From positions 1-43,747 of the forward strand of contig QKHC01000055.1 of the NCBI GenBank assembly GCA_003251175.1: a stretch of 43,747 nucleotides of DNA, given 5' to 3'. How positions within the stretch are numbered: the first letter of the stretch is position 1; each line of letters starts with the position of its first letter. Positions 11,864 through 20,732 of the stretch are shown piece by piece. Under the pieces are notes generated by a model. It worked only from the letters and a program-made list of their open reading frames with translations. It did not search any database and was not told the DNA's origin. Both the position numbers and the translations under genes were made by a program. The stretch is from Gemmatimonadota bacterium (lineage in GTDB: Bacteria > Gemmatimonadota > Gemmatimonadetes > Gemmatimonadales > GWC2-71-9).

Positions 11864-13135
11864 ATGCTCGCTACCAGCCTGCTGCTCGCCGCCGTCGCCT
11901 TCACAGCCCAGGACACAGGATCGATCGCCGCCGCCCGGGTGCTTGAAGACGTCAAGTACCTCGCCGCCGACGAGCGCGAGGGACGGGGATTCGGGACCCC
12001 GGGGCTCGCCGATGCCGGTGCCTACGTCGCCGAAGCCTTTCGCACCGCGGGACTGGAACCGGGGGGACCGGACGGTTCCTGGTTCCAGGAGTTCACTGTC
12101 TCGGCGGACGCCCCCGGCCTGGCCCACGCGGGGCTGAGTGGTGGCACGACGCGCAACGTCGTGGCGGTGTTGCGCGGCCGCGATCCGGCGCTGCGCGGTC
12201 AGGTGGTCGTCGTCGGCGCCCACTACGACCACCTCGGGCGCGGCGGTGCGAACGCGCTGGACCCCGACAGCACCGGAAGCGTCCACAACGGGGCCGATGA
12301 CAACGCGTCAGGAACCGCAGCCCTGCTCGAGATCGCGCGTCGCCTGGCGGCGCGCGAGCCCGGCCGCTCCATTGTGTTCGTGGCATTCAGCGGCGAAGAA
12401 CTTGGTGTGCTGGGGTCGAGCTACTACACCCAGAATCCCGTTCCGGCGCCGGTGGATTCGATCTACGCGATGGTCAATCTCGACATGGTCGGACGCCTGC
12501 GCGATGACAAGTTGCTCGCGCTGGGCGTGGAATCGGCAGCCGAATTGCGGGGCCTGCTGGATTCGTTGAACGCGACGGGTGCCGCATCAAACGGTGGGCA
12601 CCGGTTCGACCTGCGCGCCTCGGGGGATGGCTGGGGGCCGAGCGACCACGCGTCGTTCTACGCGGTCCATAAGCCCGTGATTCACTTCTTCACGGACCTG
12701 CACGAGGATTACCACCGCGCCACCGACGACTGGGATCGCATCAACGCCCCCGGGATCGTACGGGTCGTGGACTACGCCGCCGACCTGGCCATGGCCCTCG
12801 CCAACCGCACCGCCCCGCTGACCTTCGTCGACGTGCCGCGCCCGCAGGTCAGCACCAGCGGTCGTTCGAGCGCGTCGCTCGGCACGATACCGGACATGAG
12901 CGGCACCCCGGGGGGCGTGCGCCTGTCCGGAGTACGGGCGGGCGGACCGGCCGCCGTCGCCGGACTCCAGGCCGGGGATATCATCATCGGCCTGGGCGAT
13001 CACACTATCGCCAACCTGTACCACATGACCGATGCCCTCAACGCCCACCAGCCAGGCGACACGGTCGTCGTGAGGGTGCTGCGGGGCGATCAGGAACTCG
13101 AGTTCACCGCCGTCCTCGGACGCCGCGGGTCGTGA
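11864..13135 (+). CDS. Secreted M28 family aminopeptidase with C-terminal PDZ domain
   Basis: Signal peptide MLATSLLLAAVAFTA; GAHYDHLG, GADDNASG, FSGEELG, NLDM, SDH and DYH motifs; PDZ-like GGPAAVAGLQAGDIII. Confidence 0.9.
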   Translation: MLATSLLLAAVAFTAQDTGSIAAARVLEDVKYLAADEREGRGFGTPGLADAGAYVAEAFRTAGLEPGGPDGSWFQEFTVSADAPGLAHAGLSGGTTRNVVAVLRGRDPALRGQVVVVGAHYDHLGRGGANALDPDSTGSVHNGADDNASGTAALLEIARRLAAREPGRSIVFVAFSGEELGVLGSSYYTQNPVPAPVDSIYAMVNLDMVGRLRDDKLLALGVESAAELRGLLDSLNATGAASNGGHRFDLRASGDGWGPSDHASFYAVHKPVIHFFTDLHEDYHRATDDWDRINAPGIVRVVDYAADLAMALANRTAPLTFVDVPRPQVSTSGRSSASLGTIPDMSGTPGGVRLSGVRAGGPAAVAGLQAGDIIIGLGDHTIANLYHMTDALNAHQPGDTVVVRVLRGDQELEFTAVLGRRGS

Positions 13136-13587
13136 CACCCCTCGACGCCCGCGGCGTGGTGCGCGCGCTGCGCGCCGCGCATCTGCATGACGCCGACCGC
13201 AGCGGATTGCTGCGCATGGCCTGCGAACGCATCCGCGGGTGGGGCGGCCCGTTCACGTCCGTGTACGCCTACATGCTGCACGGCGACGACCTCGTGCTGG
13301 AGGCCTTCGCCGGGCGCGAGACCCCCCACACCCGCATCGCCGTGGGTACCGGCGTCTGCGGCACCGCTGTCGCCTCGGGGGCCGATCAGAACGTACCGGA
13401 CGTCAGCGCAGCGGCGCACTACCTCGCCTGCAACACCTTCACCCGCTCCGAGCTGGTCGTCCTCATCCGACGCGGACCGACCATCTTGGGGCAGATCGAC
13501 ATCGACTCCGACGTGCCGGAGGGCTTCGGCCCCGCGGAGCACGCGGCGGTGCGGGAGGTCGCTGACGGCCTCGCCGTGCTGCTATAG
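13132..13587 (+). CDS. Stand-alone GAF protein, free methionine-(R)-sulfoxide reductase (MsrC/YebR)-like
   Basis: RIAVGTGVCGTA, VPDV, YLAC, SELVV and GQIDIDS motifs; GTGA overlap with the M28 gene. Confidence 0.8.
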   Translation: MTPLDARGVVRALRAAHLHDADRSGLLRMACERIRGWGGPFTSVYAYMLHGDDLVLEAFAGRETPHTRIAVGTGVCGTAVASGADQNVPDVSAAAHYLACNTFTRSELVVLIRRGPTILGQIDIDSDVPEGFGPAEHAAVREVADGLAVLL

Positions 13588-13615
13588 CACACCAACCCAA
13601 CCCGGAGGAAACGGA

Positions 13616-14077
13616 ATGAAGCATCGGACGCTCACCCTGTGTGCCCTCCTGGCCCTGTGCGCCGGGGCACCACTGTCCGCGCAGGTCCGGTTCGGCGTTC
13701 AAGCCGACTGGGGGGACAACAGCGATTTCGGGATCGGCGGGCGATTGGAGCATGGGCTGGCGAAGCTGTTCCCCAAGGTGCCACTGCGGGGGGCGGCGTC
13801 GTTCGACTACTTTTTCCCCGGCAACAGCCTCAATTACTGGGAGATCAACTACAACGTCTTCTACCAGTTGAAGGCCGACGCGCTGACACCCTACGCCGGC
13901 GGTGGCTTGGTGCTGGCGTACGCCTCTGCCAACGGCAACTCCAACAGCGACCTGGGAGTCAATCTCGGGGGTGGCCTGAAGTTCGCGACCGGCAGCAAGC
14001 TCACGCCGTTCATCGAGGGCCGAATCGAGCTGGGCGCCGGAGAGCAGTTCGTGCTCACCGGCGGCCTGCTGTTCTAG
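13616..14077 (+). CDS. Small outer-membrane beta-barrel protein (about 8 strands)
   Basis: GGAGG SD at 13603-13607; signal peptide ending LSA-Q; amphipathic strands (LTPYAGGG, GVNLGGGLKF, PFIEGR); C-terminal Phe. Confidence 0.85.
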   Translation: MKHRTLTLCALLALCAGAPLSAQVRFGVQADWGDNSDFGIGGRLEHGLAKLFPKVPLRGAASFDYFFPGNSLNYWEINYNVFYQLKADALTPYAGGGLVLAYASANGNSNSDLGVNLGGGLKFATGSKLTPFIEGRIELGAGEQFVLTGGLLF

Positions 14078-14098
14078 ACACCGTCGGGTGAGGACAAC

Positions 14099-14129
14099 GC
14101 GAGGGCGGCTCGACTCGGGCCGCCCTCGC
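14099..14129 (+). terminator. GC-rich hairpin, probable intrinsic terminator after the beta-barrel gene
   Basis: GCGAGGGCGGCTCG/CGGGCCGCCCTCGC stem with one G-U pair, about 20 nt after the stop, followed by only a short GTTT. Confidence 0.6.
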
Positions 14130-14144
14130 CGTTTCCGGGTCCGC

Positions 14145-14150
14145 TATCTT
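14145..14150 (+). promoter_or_regulatory. Putative -10 element TATCTT (leaderless start at GTG 14157)
   Basis: TANNNT hexamer 6 nt upstream of the start; no SD. Confidence 0.45.
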
Positions 14151-14156
14151 CCGGTC

Positions 14157-14987
14157 GTGCACGTCGCGGTCAACGGCGTCCGCCTGTTCACCCGGCGCGT
14201 GGGCAGCGGCCCTCTGGTGGTGGTGCTCCACGGTGGCCCCGGTGCGCACCACGACTACCTCCTCCCGCAGTACGACCGCTTCGCAGTCGGCCGCGAGCTG
14301 TTCTACTACGACCAGCGGGGCGGCGGCCGCTCGCCGGTCGATCGCGACACGCCGGTAGGCTGGCGCGACCACGTCGCCGACCTCGACGCGCTGCGCGCGC
14401 ACCTGGAACTCGACCGCGTCACCCTGCTCGGGTATTCATGGGGCGGGCTGCTGGCGCTGCTCTACTACGTCGAGCACCCACGGCGCGTCGCCCGGCTGGC
14501 GCTGGTGGCTCCGGCGTCGCCAACGGCGGCGTTTCGACACCAGTTCGAGCGGGTCTTCAGCACCCGCAACGCCGCACCGGAGATCGCCGCGGAGCGCGCA
14601 CTGTTGCGCGCCAGCGGATTGCGGGATCGAGATCCCGATACGTACCGGCGCCGCGCCTTCGAGTTGTCAGTCGCCGGATACTTTCGTGACTGGCGGGACG
14701 CACGTCACCTCACGCCCTTCCGCGTGACCGCCCGCACTCAGCATGCCGTGTGGGATAGCCTCGGGGCGGACTTCGACCTGCGGCCGCGGCTGCGAGCCGT
14801 CGCGGGGCCCCACCCTCCCACCCGCATACTCCACGGAACCGAGGATCCCATTCCCATCGCGGGTAGTCGCATGTACGCCGAGCTGCTCGACGCCGACCTG
14901 GTGGAGCTGGAGACAGGACATTGCCCCCACGTGGAAGCGACCGCGGAGTTCATCGCGGCGCTGGACCCGTTCCTGCCCGCCGCATGA
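14157..14987 (+). CDS. Alpha/beta hydrolase, proline iminopeptidase (S33)-like
   Basis: LHGGPG, YDQRGGGRS, GYSWGG nucleophile elbow, HGTEDPI and GHCPHVE motifs. Start trimmed to GTG 14157. Confidence 0.88.
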   Translation: MHVAVNGVRLFTRRVGSGPLVVVLHGGPGAHHDYLLPQYDRFAVGRELFYYDQRGGGRSPVDRDTPVGWRDHVADLDALRAHLELDRVTLLGYSWGGLLALLYYVEHPRRVARLALVAPASPTAAFRHQFERVFSTRNAAPEIAAERALLRASGLRDRDPDTYRRRAFELSVAGYFRDWRDARHLTPFRVTARTQHAVWDSLGADFDLRPRLRAVAGPHPPTRILHGTEDPIPIAGSRMYAELLDADLVELETGHCPHVEATAEFIAALDPFLPAA

Positions 14988-15718
14988 CCGACCGTCCCAC
15001 GCCGTTCACCATGGTCTTCGGTGACCTCGCCGCCGAGCACTTCCCGGCCATTGCCGACGCGCTGGAGCGCGCCGGGGGGAGGTCGGCCGACCGCGACGCC
15101 TTCGTCCTGGTGCACCCCGTCGGCATGCTGCTGCGACAGCTGGTTCCCGCTGAAGCACCGGCTGAAGCGCTCGAGGCGTACGTCCGCCTGCTCCACCACG
15201 CGTACCGTCACTGGGCAGCGGGTCGCTGGGTGTATCGCGTGAGCGACGCGGCGCTGGACCGCGCCACGGCGGGCGCGACCCTCAGCGGTGACCTCATCCA
15301 CCCGGCCCTCTACGTACAGCTGCCCGAACACCGCGTGTGGCGCGCTGCGGCGGCGGGCGAGACTCCCGAGCCGCTCGACGGCATGTTCGTGACCGAGACA
15401 TCCATCGCGGGGAGCATCGCCGTCCTCGGGATCTCCGGCATGCACCGCCACCGACCGGGTTTCAGCGCCGTATCAGTGGAAGGCCGGGTCGACCGGGATG
15501 ACGCGACGGGCGTCGAGCTGCTGGTGGAGGCGCGACGCGACGACGGCTCCGCCCCGTTCACGCCCCTGTTGGACGGCGGCGCGGCGGCCGGGATCTATTC
15601 GCTGGCGAACGCCGGCGAGCTGCTGCTCCTGACCTGCCGTCTGCTCAGCGGGCTGCCGATCGCGCGCGCGTCGGCGGAGGTAGCCGCGACCGGTGAGCGT
15701 TACGTCCTGGTGCCGTGA
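14984..15718 (+). CDS. Hypothetical protein (244 aa)
   Basis: ATGA overlap with the upstream gene; protein-like composition; fills the gap to nth; no motif recognised. Confidence 0.75.
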   Translation: MTDRPTPFTMVFGDLAAEHFPAIADALERAGGRSADRDAFVLVHPVGMLLRQLVPAEAPAEALEAYVRLLHHAYRHWAAGRWVYRVSDAALDRATAGATLSGDLIHPALYVQLPEHRVWRAAAAGETPEPLDGMFVTETSIAGSIAVLGISGMHRHRPGFSAVSVEGRVDRDDATGVELLVEARRDDGSAPFTPLLDGGAAAGIYSLANAGELLLLTCRLLSGLPIARASAEVAATGERYVLVP

Positions 15719-15733
15719 TCACCGCACACACGT

Positions 15734-15739
15734 TATCGT
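15734..15739 (+). promoter_or_regulatory. Putative -10 element TATCGT (leaderless nth)
   Basis: TANNNT 7 nt upstream of ATG 15747; no SD. Confidence 0.45.
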
Positions 15740-15746
15740 CCTGCCC

Positions 15747-16448
15747 ATGAGACGGCGAGCCGCCGGCCGGTCGACCGCTGCCAGCCGCCGGGGGCGCCCG
15801 GCGGAGACCCCCGCCGAGCGCAAGGCGCGCGCGCGCAGGATCATCGCCCGCCTCAGCCGGGAGTTCCCCGACGCCGCCTGTGCCCTCGACCACCGCAATC
15901 CGCTCGAGCTCCTCGTAGCGACGATCCTGTCGGCACAGTGTACCGATGCCCGCGTCAACCAAGTCACACCGGCGTTGTTCGCGAAATACCGGAACGCTGA
16001 CGCGTATGCGACAGCTGACCCCGGGGTGTTCGAGCGGGAAATCCAGTCCACCGGGTTCTTTCGCAACAAGACCAAATCCATCATCGGCATGGCACAAGCC
16101 CTGGTCGAACGGCACGCCGGACGCGTACCGGACTCGATGGAGGCGCTCGTCGCCCTGCCGGGCGTCGGTCGCAAGACGGCGAACGTCGTGCTGGGCAATG
16201 CGTTCGGGAAGAACGACGGTATCGTCGTGGACACGCATGTCCAGCGCATCACCGCACTCCTCGGTCTCACCCGCGAATCGACGCCGGAGAAGATCGAGCG
16301 GGACCTCATGGCCCTGGTGCCACGATCCCAGTGGACGCTGGTCTCGCACCTGCTGATCCTGCACGGCAGGAAGACCTGCGTGGCACGCCGGCCGCGCTGC
16401 GAGCACTGCCGGCTGCGGCCGTTGTGCCCCTCGGCAAGAGTGCCGTAG
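15747..16448 (+). CDS. nth: Endonuclease III
   Basis: LLVATILSAQCTDARVN, HhH LPGVGRKTANVV, VVDTHV, and 4Fe-4S motif C-x6-C-x2-C-x5-C. Confidence 0.95.
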   Translation: MRRRAAGRSTAASRRGRPAETPAERKARARRIIARLSREFPDAACALDHRNPLELLVATILSAQCTDARVNQVTPALFAKYRNADAYATADPGVFEREIQSTGFFRNKTKSIIGMAQALVERHAGRVPDSMEALVALPGVGRKTANVVLGNAFGKNDGIVVDTHVQRITALLGLTRESTPEKIERDLMALVPRSQWTLVSHLLILHGRKTCVARRPRCEHCRLRPLCPSARVP

Positions 16449-16462
16449 ACTTCATACCAGCC

Positions 16463-17614
16463 ATGACGCTGCCACCGACCGACGCTGACCGTCTGATCGC
16501 CGACCGCCGCGACCTACACGAGCATCCCGAGCTGGGGTTCCAGGAAACCCGCACGGCAGGCATCGTCGCTGAGCGGCTGGGGACGCAGGGATACGATGTT
16601 CGCACCGAGGTGGGAAAGACGGGGGTGGTCGCGGATCGCGGGCGTGAGGGCGGGCGGTGCGTCCTGGTACGCGCAGACATGGACGGTCTGCCCGTACAGG
16701 AAGCTACTGATCTCCCCTTCAAGTCGCGCCATCCGGGGCGGATGCACGCCTGTGGACACGACGGGCACGTGGCGATCGGGCTGGAGGTCGCGCGGCGCCT
16801 GGCGGACGCCCCGCTCCCCGGGCGCGTCAAGCTGGCCTTCCAGCCCGCTGAGGAGATCAACGGCGGTGCTGCGGCGATGATCGAGGACGGCGTCCTCGAC
16901 GCGCCGACGGTGAACGCCGCCTTCGGGCTGCACCTGTGGGCCAACCTCCCCACCGGCAAGATCGCCATCAGCGAAGGTCCCGTGATGGCCGCCGTGGATC
17001 TGTTCGAGATTCAGATCATCGGCCGCGGGGGACACGCCGGCCACCCGCACCAGACCATCGACCCCATCGTCACGGCCGCGCAGCTGACCAGCGCCCTGCA
17101 GACGATCGTCAGCCGGCGGCGGGATCCGTTCGAAGAGGGCGTGGTGTCGGTCACCCATGTGCGCGCAGGCGAGGCCTACAACGTCGTGCCGGACCGCGCC
17201 TTCCTGCGCGGCACAGTTCGTTCATACGGCGGACGCTTCTATGAGGAAGCACCGAAGCTCGTGGAGCGCACCGCGCGGGGCATCTGCGAGACGTTCGGTG
17301 CGCGCTGCGAGATCGACTACCGCCGGCTGAGCGGACCCGTCGTCAACGACGGCAAGATGAGCGCAGTCATGCGCGCAGCCGCCGTGGCAGCCGTGGGATC
17401 AGGCGGCGTGGTGACCGGTGTCCGGTCAATGGGTGGCGAAGACATGGCGCACTTCCTGTCGGCGGTTCCCGGCTGCTTCGCGTTCGTCGGTTCCGCACCG
17501 GCCGACCGCCCGACGTCCCCGCATCACAGTCCGACCTTCGACATCGATGAGCGCGCCCTCACCATTGGTGCGGACCTGCTCACGGCGACGGTGTTGGGCT
17601 ACCTGTCGAGCTGA
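16463..17614 (+). CDS. M20D family amidohydrolase
   Basis: RRDLHEHPELGFQE, RADMDGLP, MHACGHDGH, FQPAEE, GRGGHAG.PH, GGEDM and HHSPTF motifs. Confidence 0.93.
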   Translation: MTLPPTDADRLIADRRDLHEHPELGFQETRTAGIVAERLGTQGYDVRTEVGKTGVVADRGREGGRCVLVRADMDGLPVQEATDLPFKSRHPGRMHACGHDGHVAIGLEVARRLADAPLPGRVKLAFQPAEEINGGAAAMIEDGVLDAPTVNAAFGLHLWANLPTGKIAISEGPVMAAVDLFEIQIIGRGGHAGHPHQTIDPIVTAAQLTSALQTIVSRRRDPFEEGVVSVTHVRAGEAYNVVPDRAFLRGTVRSYGGRFYEEAPKLVERTARGICETFGARCEIDYRRLSGPVVNDGKMSAVMRAAAVAAVGSGGVVTGVRSMGGEDMAHFLSAVPGCFAFVGSAPADRPTSPHHSPTFDIDERALTIGADLLTATVLGYLSS

Positions 17615-18386
17615 GCCGCGCAGCTCCCGGGTTCACGGGCGCCCGTCGGCGGACCATCCGCACCAACCACCACACCGAAGCCGCTGCCGCCAGATGCTTC
17701 AGCGTGTGACCGCTGAGGCCCAGATCAGCGTAGATCTCATAGTCGAGCAGCTCGCACAACCGCGCCACGACGTACCAGCCGAGCGCGATCCACAGGTCGA
17801 CACCACGGGTGTATCGCGGCGGGTTCGCGAGCAGGACCAGGGGAATCACGATCGTGGGGAGAAACTGCACCACTGCGTAGAGGCGCAGGTCCCCCGTTCC
17901 GATCCATACGAACACACTTGCTGCACCGGCCGCGAGCAGCGGCCCAAAGATGCGACGCGCGGTGGGCAGAGACACGCGCTCGGCGATCACTGCGGTCAGC
18001 AGCCCCATGGTAATGAGCGTCTGCGGAAGCCGATCCCAGACGAGCAGCGTGTTCGAAGGCGCGAGATGGTACAACCCCGACCCGACCCCAGTCGCGGCGA
18101 CCGCCCCGAACATGACCAGCCAGGGCAGGCGCTCCCAGGAGTCAACAAACGTGCAGCGCCGATCCCGGGCGACCAGTACGCCGAGCAAACCCACCAGGAG
18201 CAGCGGCAGGTTGGACAACACATCCAGGGCATTGGCGACGCCGAGCAGCGAACGCCGGTCGGCGAATCGATGGAACCCGGCGTCCTGCTGCAGTGGAGGC
18301 ACGGCGACAAACACGCCGACCAGCGCGACGACGGCCACCCCAGCGAGAATCGGGGGCGTGACCCACGGGCGTGAACCAGGCTTCAT
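17580..18386 (-). CDS. Alkaline phytoceramidase-like (CREST superfamily) membrane hydrolase
   Basis: Multi-TM; FHRFADRR..VLSNLP, GSGLYH, WDRLP and SGHTLKHL motifs; purine-rich SD before ATG 18386. Confidence 0.78.
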   Translation of the reverse strand: MKPGSRPWVTPPILAGVAVVALVGVFVAVPPLQQDAGFHRFADRRSLLGVANALDVLSNLPLLLVGLLGVLVARDRRCTFVDSWERLPWLVMFGAVAATGVGSGLYHLAPSNTLLVWDRLPQTLITMGLLTAVIAERVSLPTARRIFGPLLAAGAASVFVWIGTGDLRLYAVVQFLPTIVIPLVLLANPPRYTRGVDLWIALGWYVVARLCELLDYEIYADLGLSGHTLKHLAAAASVWWLVRMVRRRAPVNPGAARLSSTGSPTPSP

Positions 18387-18456
18387 CTCTCCCTCATGTG
18401 CTCGCCATCCCCGCCGTGGTAGGTAACCCGGTACGACCTCGAGCGCGAGGAGCCCC

Positions 18457-18711
18457 ATGAAACGGTTTACTCGAACCGACGCCCTCAGTATCGGGACGCA
18501 GCTCGGCATCGACTGGCGTCTGGTAGATGTAGAGGAATTCACCGCCGGGCTCAACGTGGAGCTGGAGCACGGCACGCGCGATCCCGCCACCAATGTGACC
18601 GGCGACGACCCGGTTCTCACGGGCAAGATCGCGCTGGCGCACCTGCGGGAGCTGCCGGACTACTACACCCGGTTGGCCCGGATCGAAGAGGGTAGCTCGG
18701 CCGTCACCTGA
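18457..18711 (+). CDS. DUF5661-family small protein
   Basis: GLNVELEHG..TNVT..GKIALAHLRELPDYYTRL; GAGGAG SD at 18447-18452. Confidence 0.85.
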   Translation: MKRFTRTDALSIGTQLGIDWRLVDVEEFTAGLNVELEHGTRDPATNVTGDDPVLTGKIALAHLRELPDYYTRLARIEEGSSAVT

Positions 18712-18736
18712 CCGGCCCCGGTGCGGCCGCCGCCGC

Positions 18737-18742
18737 TACATT
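18737..18742 (+). promoter_or_regulatory. Putative -10 element TACATT (leaderless start at ATG 18750)
   Basis: TANNNT 7 nt upstream of the start; no SD. Confidence 0.5.
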
Positions 18743-18749
18743 CCTCATC

Positions 18750-20732
18750 ATGGCCAACCTGTTGGCCGGAGAAGCGTCGGCCTATCTCCGTTCGGCGGCT
18801 CACCAGCCGGTCCACTGGCGCCCGTGGGGCGACGCGGCCTTCGCCCACGCGCGCGCGCACGACCAGCCGATTCTGCTCGACATCGGCGCGGTGTGGTGCC
18901 ACTGGTGCCACGTCATGGACGGCGAGTCGTACGACGACGCCGCCATCGCCGCGATCCTCAACCGTGATTTCGTCTGCATCAAAGTGGATCGGGACGAACG
19001 TCCCGATGTGGACGCGCGCTACCAGCGGGCAGTCTCCGCCCTCACGGGACAGTCGGGCTGGCCGCTGACGGCGTTCCTCACTCCGGGCGGGGACGTGTTC
19101 TTCGGTGGTACCTACTTTCCCCCCGACGATCCCGTTGCCGGCCGGCCGGGGTTTGCGACGATGCTGCTGCATGTGGCGCGGCTGTATCGCGAGGACTCCG
19201 ACCGCGTGCGGGCGAACGCGCAGGCCATCCGCGAGCACGTCACCGCGGCCCTGAACGAAGCCAGGACGGGGGTGGTCACCGCCTCGCTGGTGGAGCACGG
19301 CGCCGACGCGATCGCGCGGGTGTACGACGTCCGATACGGCGGCTTCGGCACGGCGCCCAAGTTCCCGCATCCGGGGGCGCTCGAGCTGCTCCTGGCGCGG
19401 TGGTGGGACACGCGAACCGACTGGCCGCGGGAAATCGTGGACAAGAGCCTCAGCGCGATGGCGCGCGGCGGGATCCACGACCACCTCGGTGGCGGCTTTC
19501 ATCGCTACGCCGTCGATGAACGATGGATCGTCCCCCACTTCGAGAAGATGATCTACGACAACGCCGAACTGCTGCGCGCCTACTGCGCCGGCCTGGCCGC
19601 GTTCGGGACGCCACTGTTCCGCGACGTGGCGAATGGGATAGTCAACTGGGTGCTCGAGGTGCTCACCGACCAGGAGCGGGGCGTGTTCTTCGCATCCCAG
19701 GACGCCGACGTCGAGCCGGGGGACGACGGTGACTACTGGACCTGGACGCCCGAAGAGGCGCGTGCCGCCCTCACTGAGCCGGAGTACGCGGTGGCCCAGG
19801 CGGTGTTCGACATCACCGATGCGGGAGAGATGCGCCACAATCCGCGCAAGAACGTGCTGTGGCGCCGACAGGAACCACGCAACGATGCGGAGCGGGCGCT
19901 ACTCGTCAGCGCGACCACGGCGCTCAAGGCAGCGCGTGATGCCCGCCGTCCGCCGTTCGTGGACACGACCGCGTACGTCAACTGGAACGCCATGCTGGCC
20001 GGCGCGATGCTGCAGGCCGGTGCGGTTCTCGACCGGCCGGAATGCAATGACGTGGCCCTCCGGGTGCTGCGTCGCATCTGGGACGAGTCCTGGGAGCCGG
20101 GCGACGGCATGCGCCATGTCATCGATCGCCCGGAGCCTCGCGGGCTGCTCGATGATCACGTCCAGGCGGCCGCTGCCTTTCTCGACGCCTTCGAGGCGAC
20201 GGGCGATGTCGACTGGCGCGAGCGGGCAGCTACCGTGATGCAGCACTGTCTGGCGACGTACGCGGACGGCACGGATGGAGGGTTCTTCGACGTGGCGCCG
20301 CGCGCGGATGCGGCAGGGTACCTGGCGGCGCGCGCCAAGCCGATTCAGGACGCGCCCACCGCTTCACCCAACGGGACCGCTGGCGCAGCCCTGGCGCGCC
20401 TCTGGGTGCTGACCGGCGATCGCGCGTGGCGCGCCGCGCTCGACCGGCATCTCGCGGCATTCGCCGGCGCCACGGACGCCCTGTCAGTGCACGGCGCCGC
20501 CCTGCTCCGGGCGATCGACTGGGCCGTGCACCCGGCCACACGGATCACCGTCGCCGGTCCGGCGGGACCGGGGGCGGCCTGCACCATGCACCTCCTCGCC
20601 CTGCAAGCCTACCGCCCGCGCCGCGCGGTGGTGCGCACCGTCGCCGCTGAGCCGGCCGCTACGCTCTGCGTCGACGTTACCTGCTCGCTCCCGGTGGCGA
20701 CGCCGGACGCCTTCGCCCGACTCCTGACGTGA
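18750..20732 (+). CDS. YyaL/SSP411-like thioredoxin-domain protein (DUF255 plus alpha/alpha toroid)
   Basis: MANLL..SAYLRSAAHQPVHW, WCHWCHVM, IKVDRDERPDVD, GWPLT, GGFGTAPKFP, GGGFHRY and PHFEKMIYDN motifs. Confidence 0.93.
   Translation: MANLLAGEASAYLRSAAHQPVHWRPWGDAAFAHARAHDQPILLDIGAVWCHWCHVMDGESYDDAAIAAILNRDFVCIKVDRDERPDVDARYQRAVSALTGQSGWPLTAFLTPGGDVFFGGTYFPPDDPVAGRPGFATMLLHVARLYREDSDRVRANAQAIREHVTAALNEARTGVVTASLVEHGADAIARVYDVRYGGFGTAPKFPHPGALELLLARWWDTRTDWPREIVDKSLSAMARGGIHDHLGGGFHRYAVDERWIVPHFEKMIYDNAELLRAYCAGLAAFGTPLFRDVANGIVNWVLEVLTDQERGVFFASQDADVEPGDDGDYWTWTPEEARAALTEPEYAVAQAVFDITDAGEMRHNPRKNVLWRRQEPRNDAERALLVSATTALKAARDARRPPFVDTTAYVNWNAMLAGAMLQAGAVLDRPECNDVALRVLRRIWDESWEPGDGMRHVIDRPEPRGLLDDHVQAAAAFLDAFEATGDVDWRERAATVMQHCLATYADGTDGGFFDVAPRADAAGYLAARAKPIQDAPTASPNGTAGAALARLWVLTGDRAWRAALDRHLAAFAGATDALSVHGAALLRAIDWAVHPATRITVAGPAGPGAACTMHLLALQAYRPRRAVVRTVAAEPAATLCVDVTCSLPVATPDAFARLLT

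Noticed and set aside
13187-13615. N-terminal extension of the 296-aa ORF
   Set aside because: Overlaps the GAF gene out of frame; SD and signal peptide define ATG 13616 as the start.
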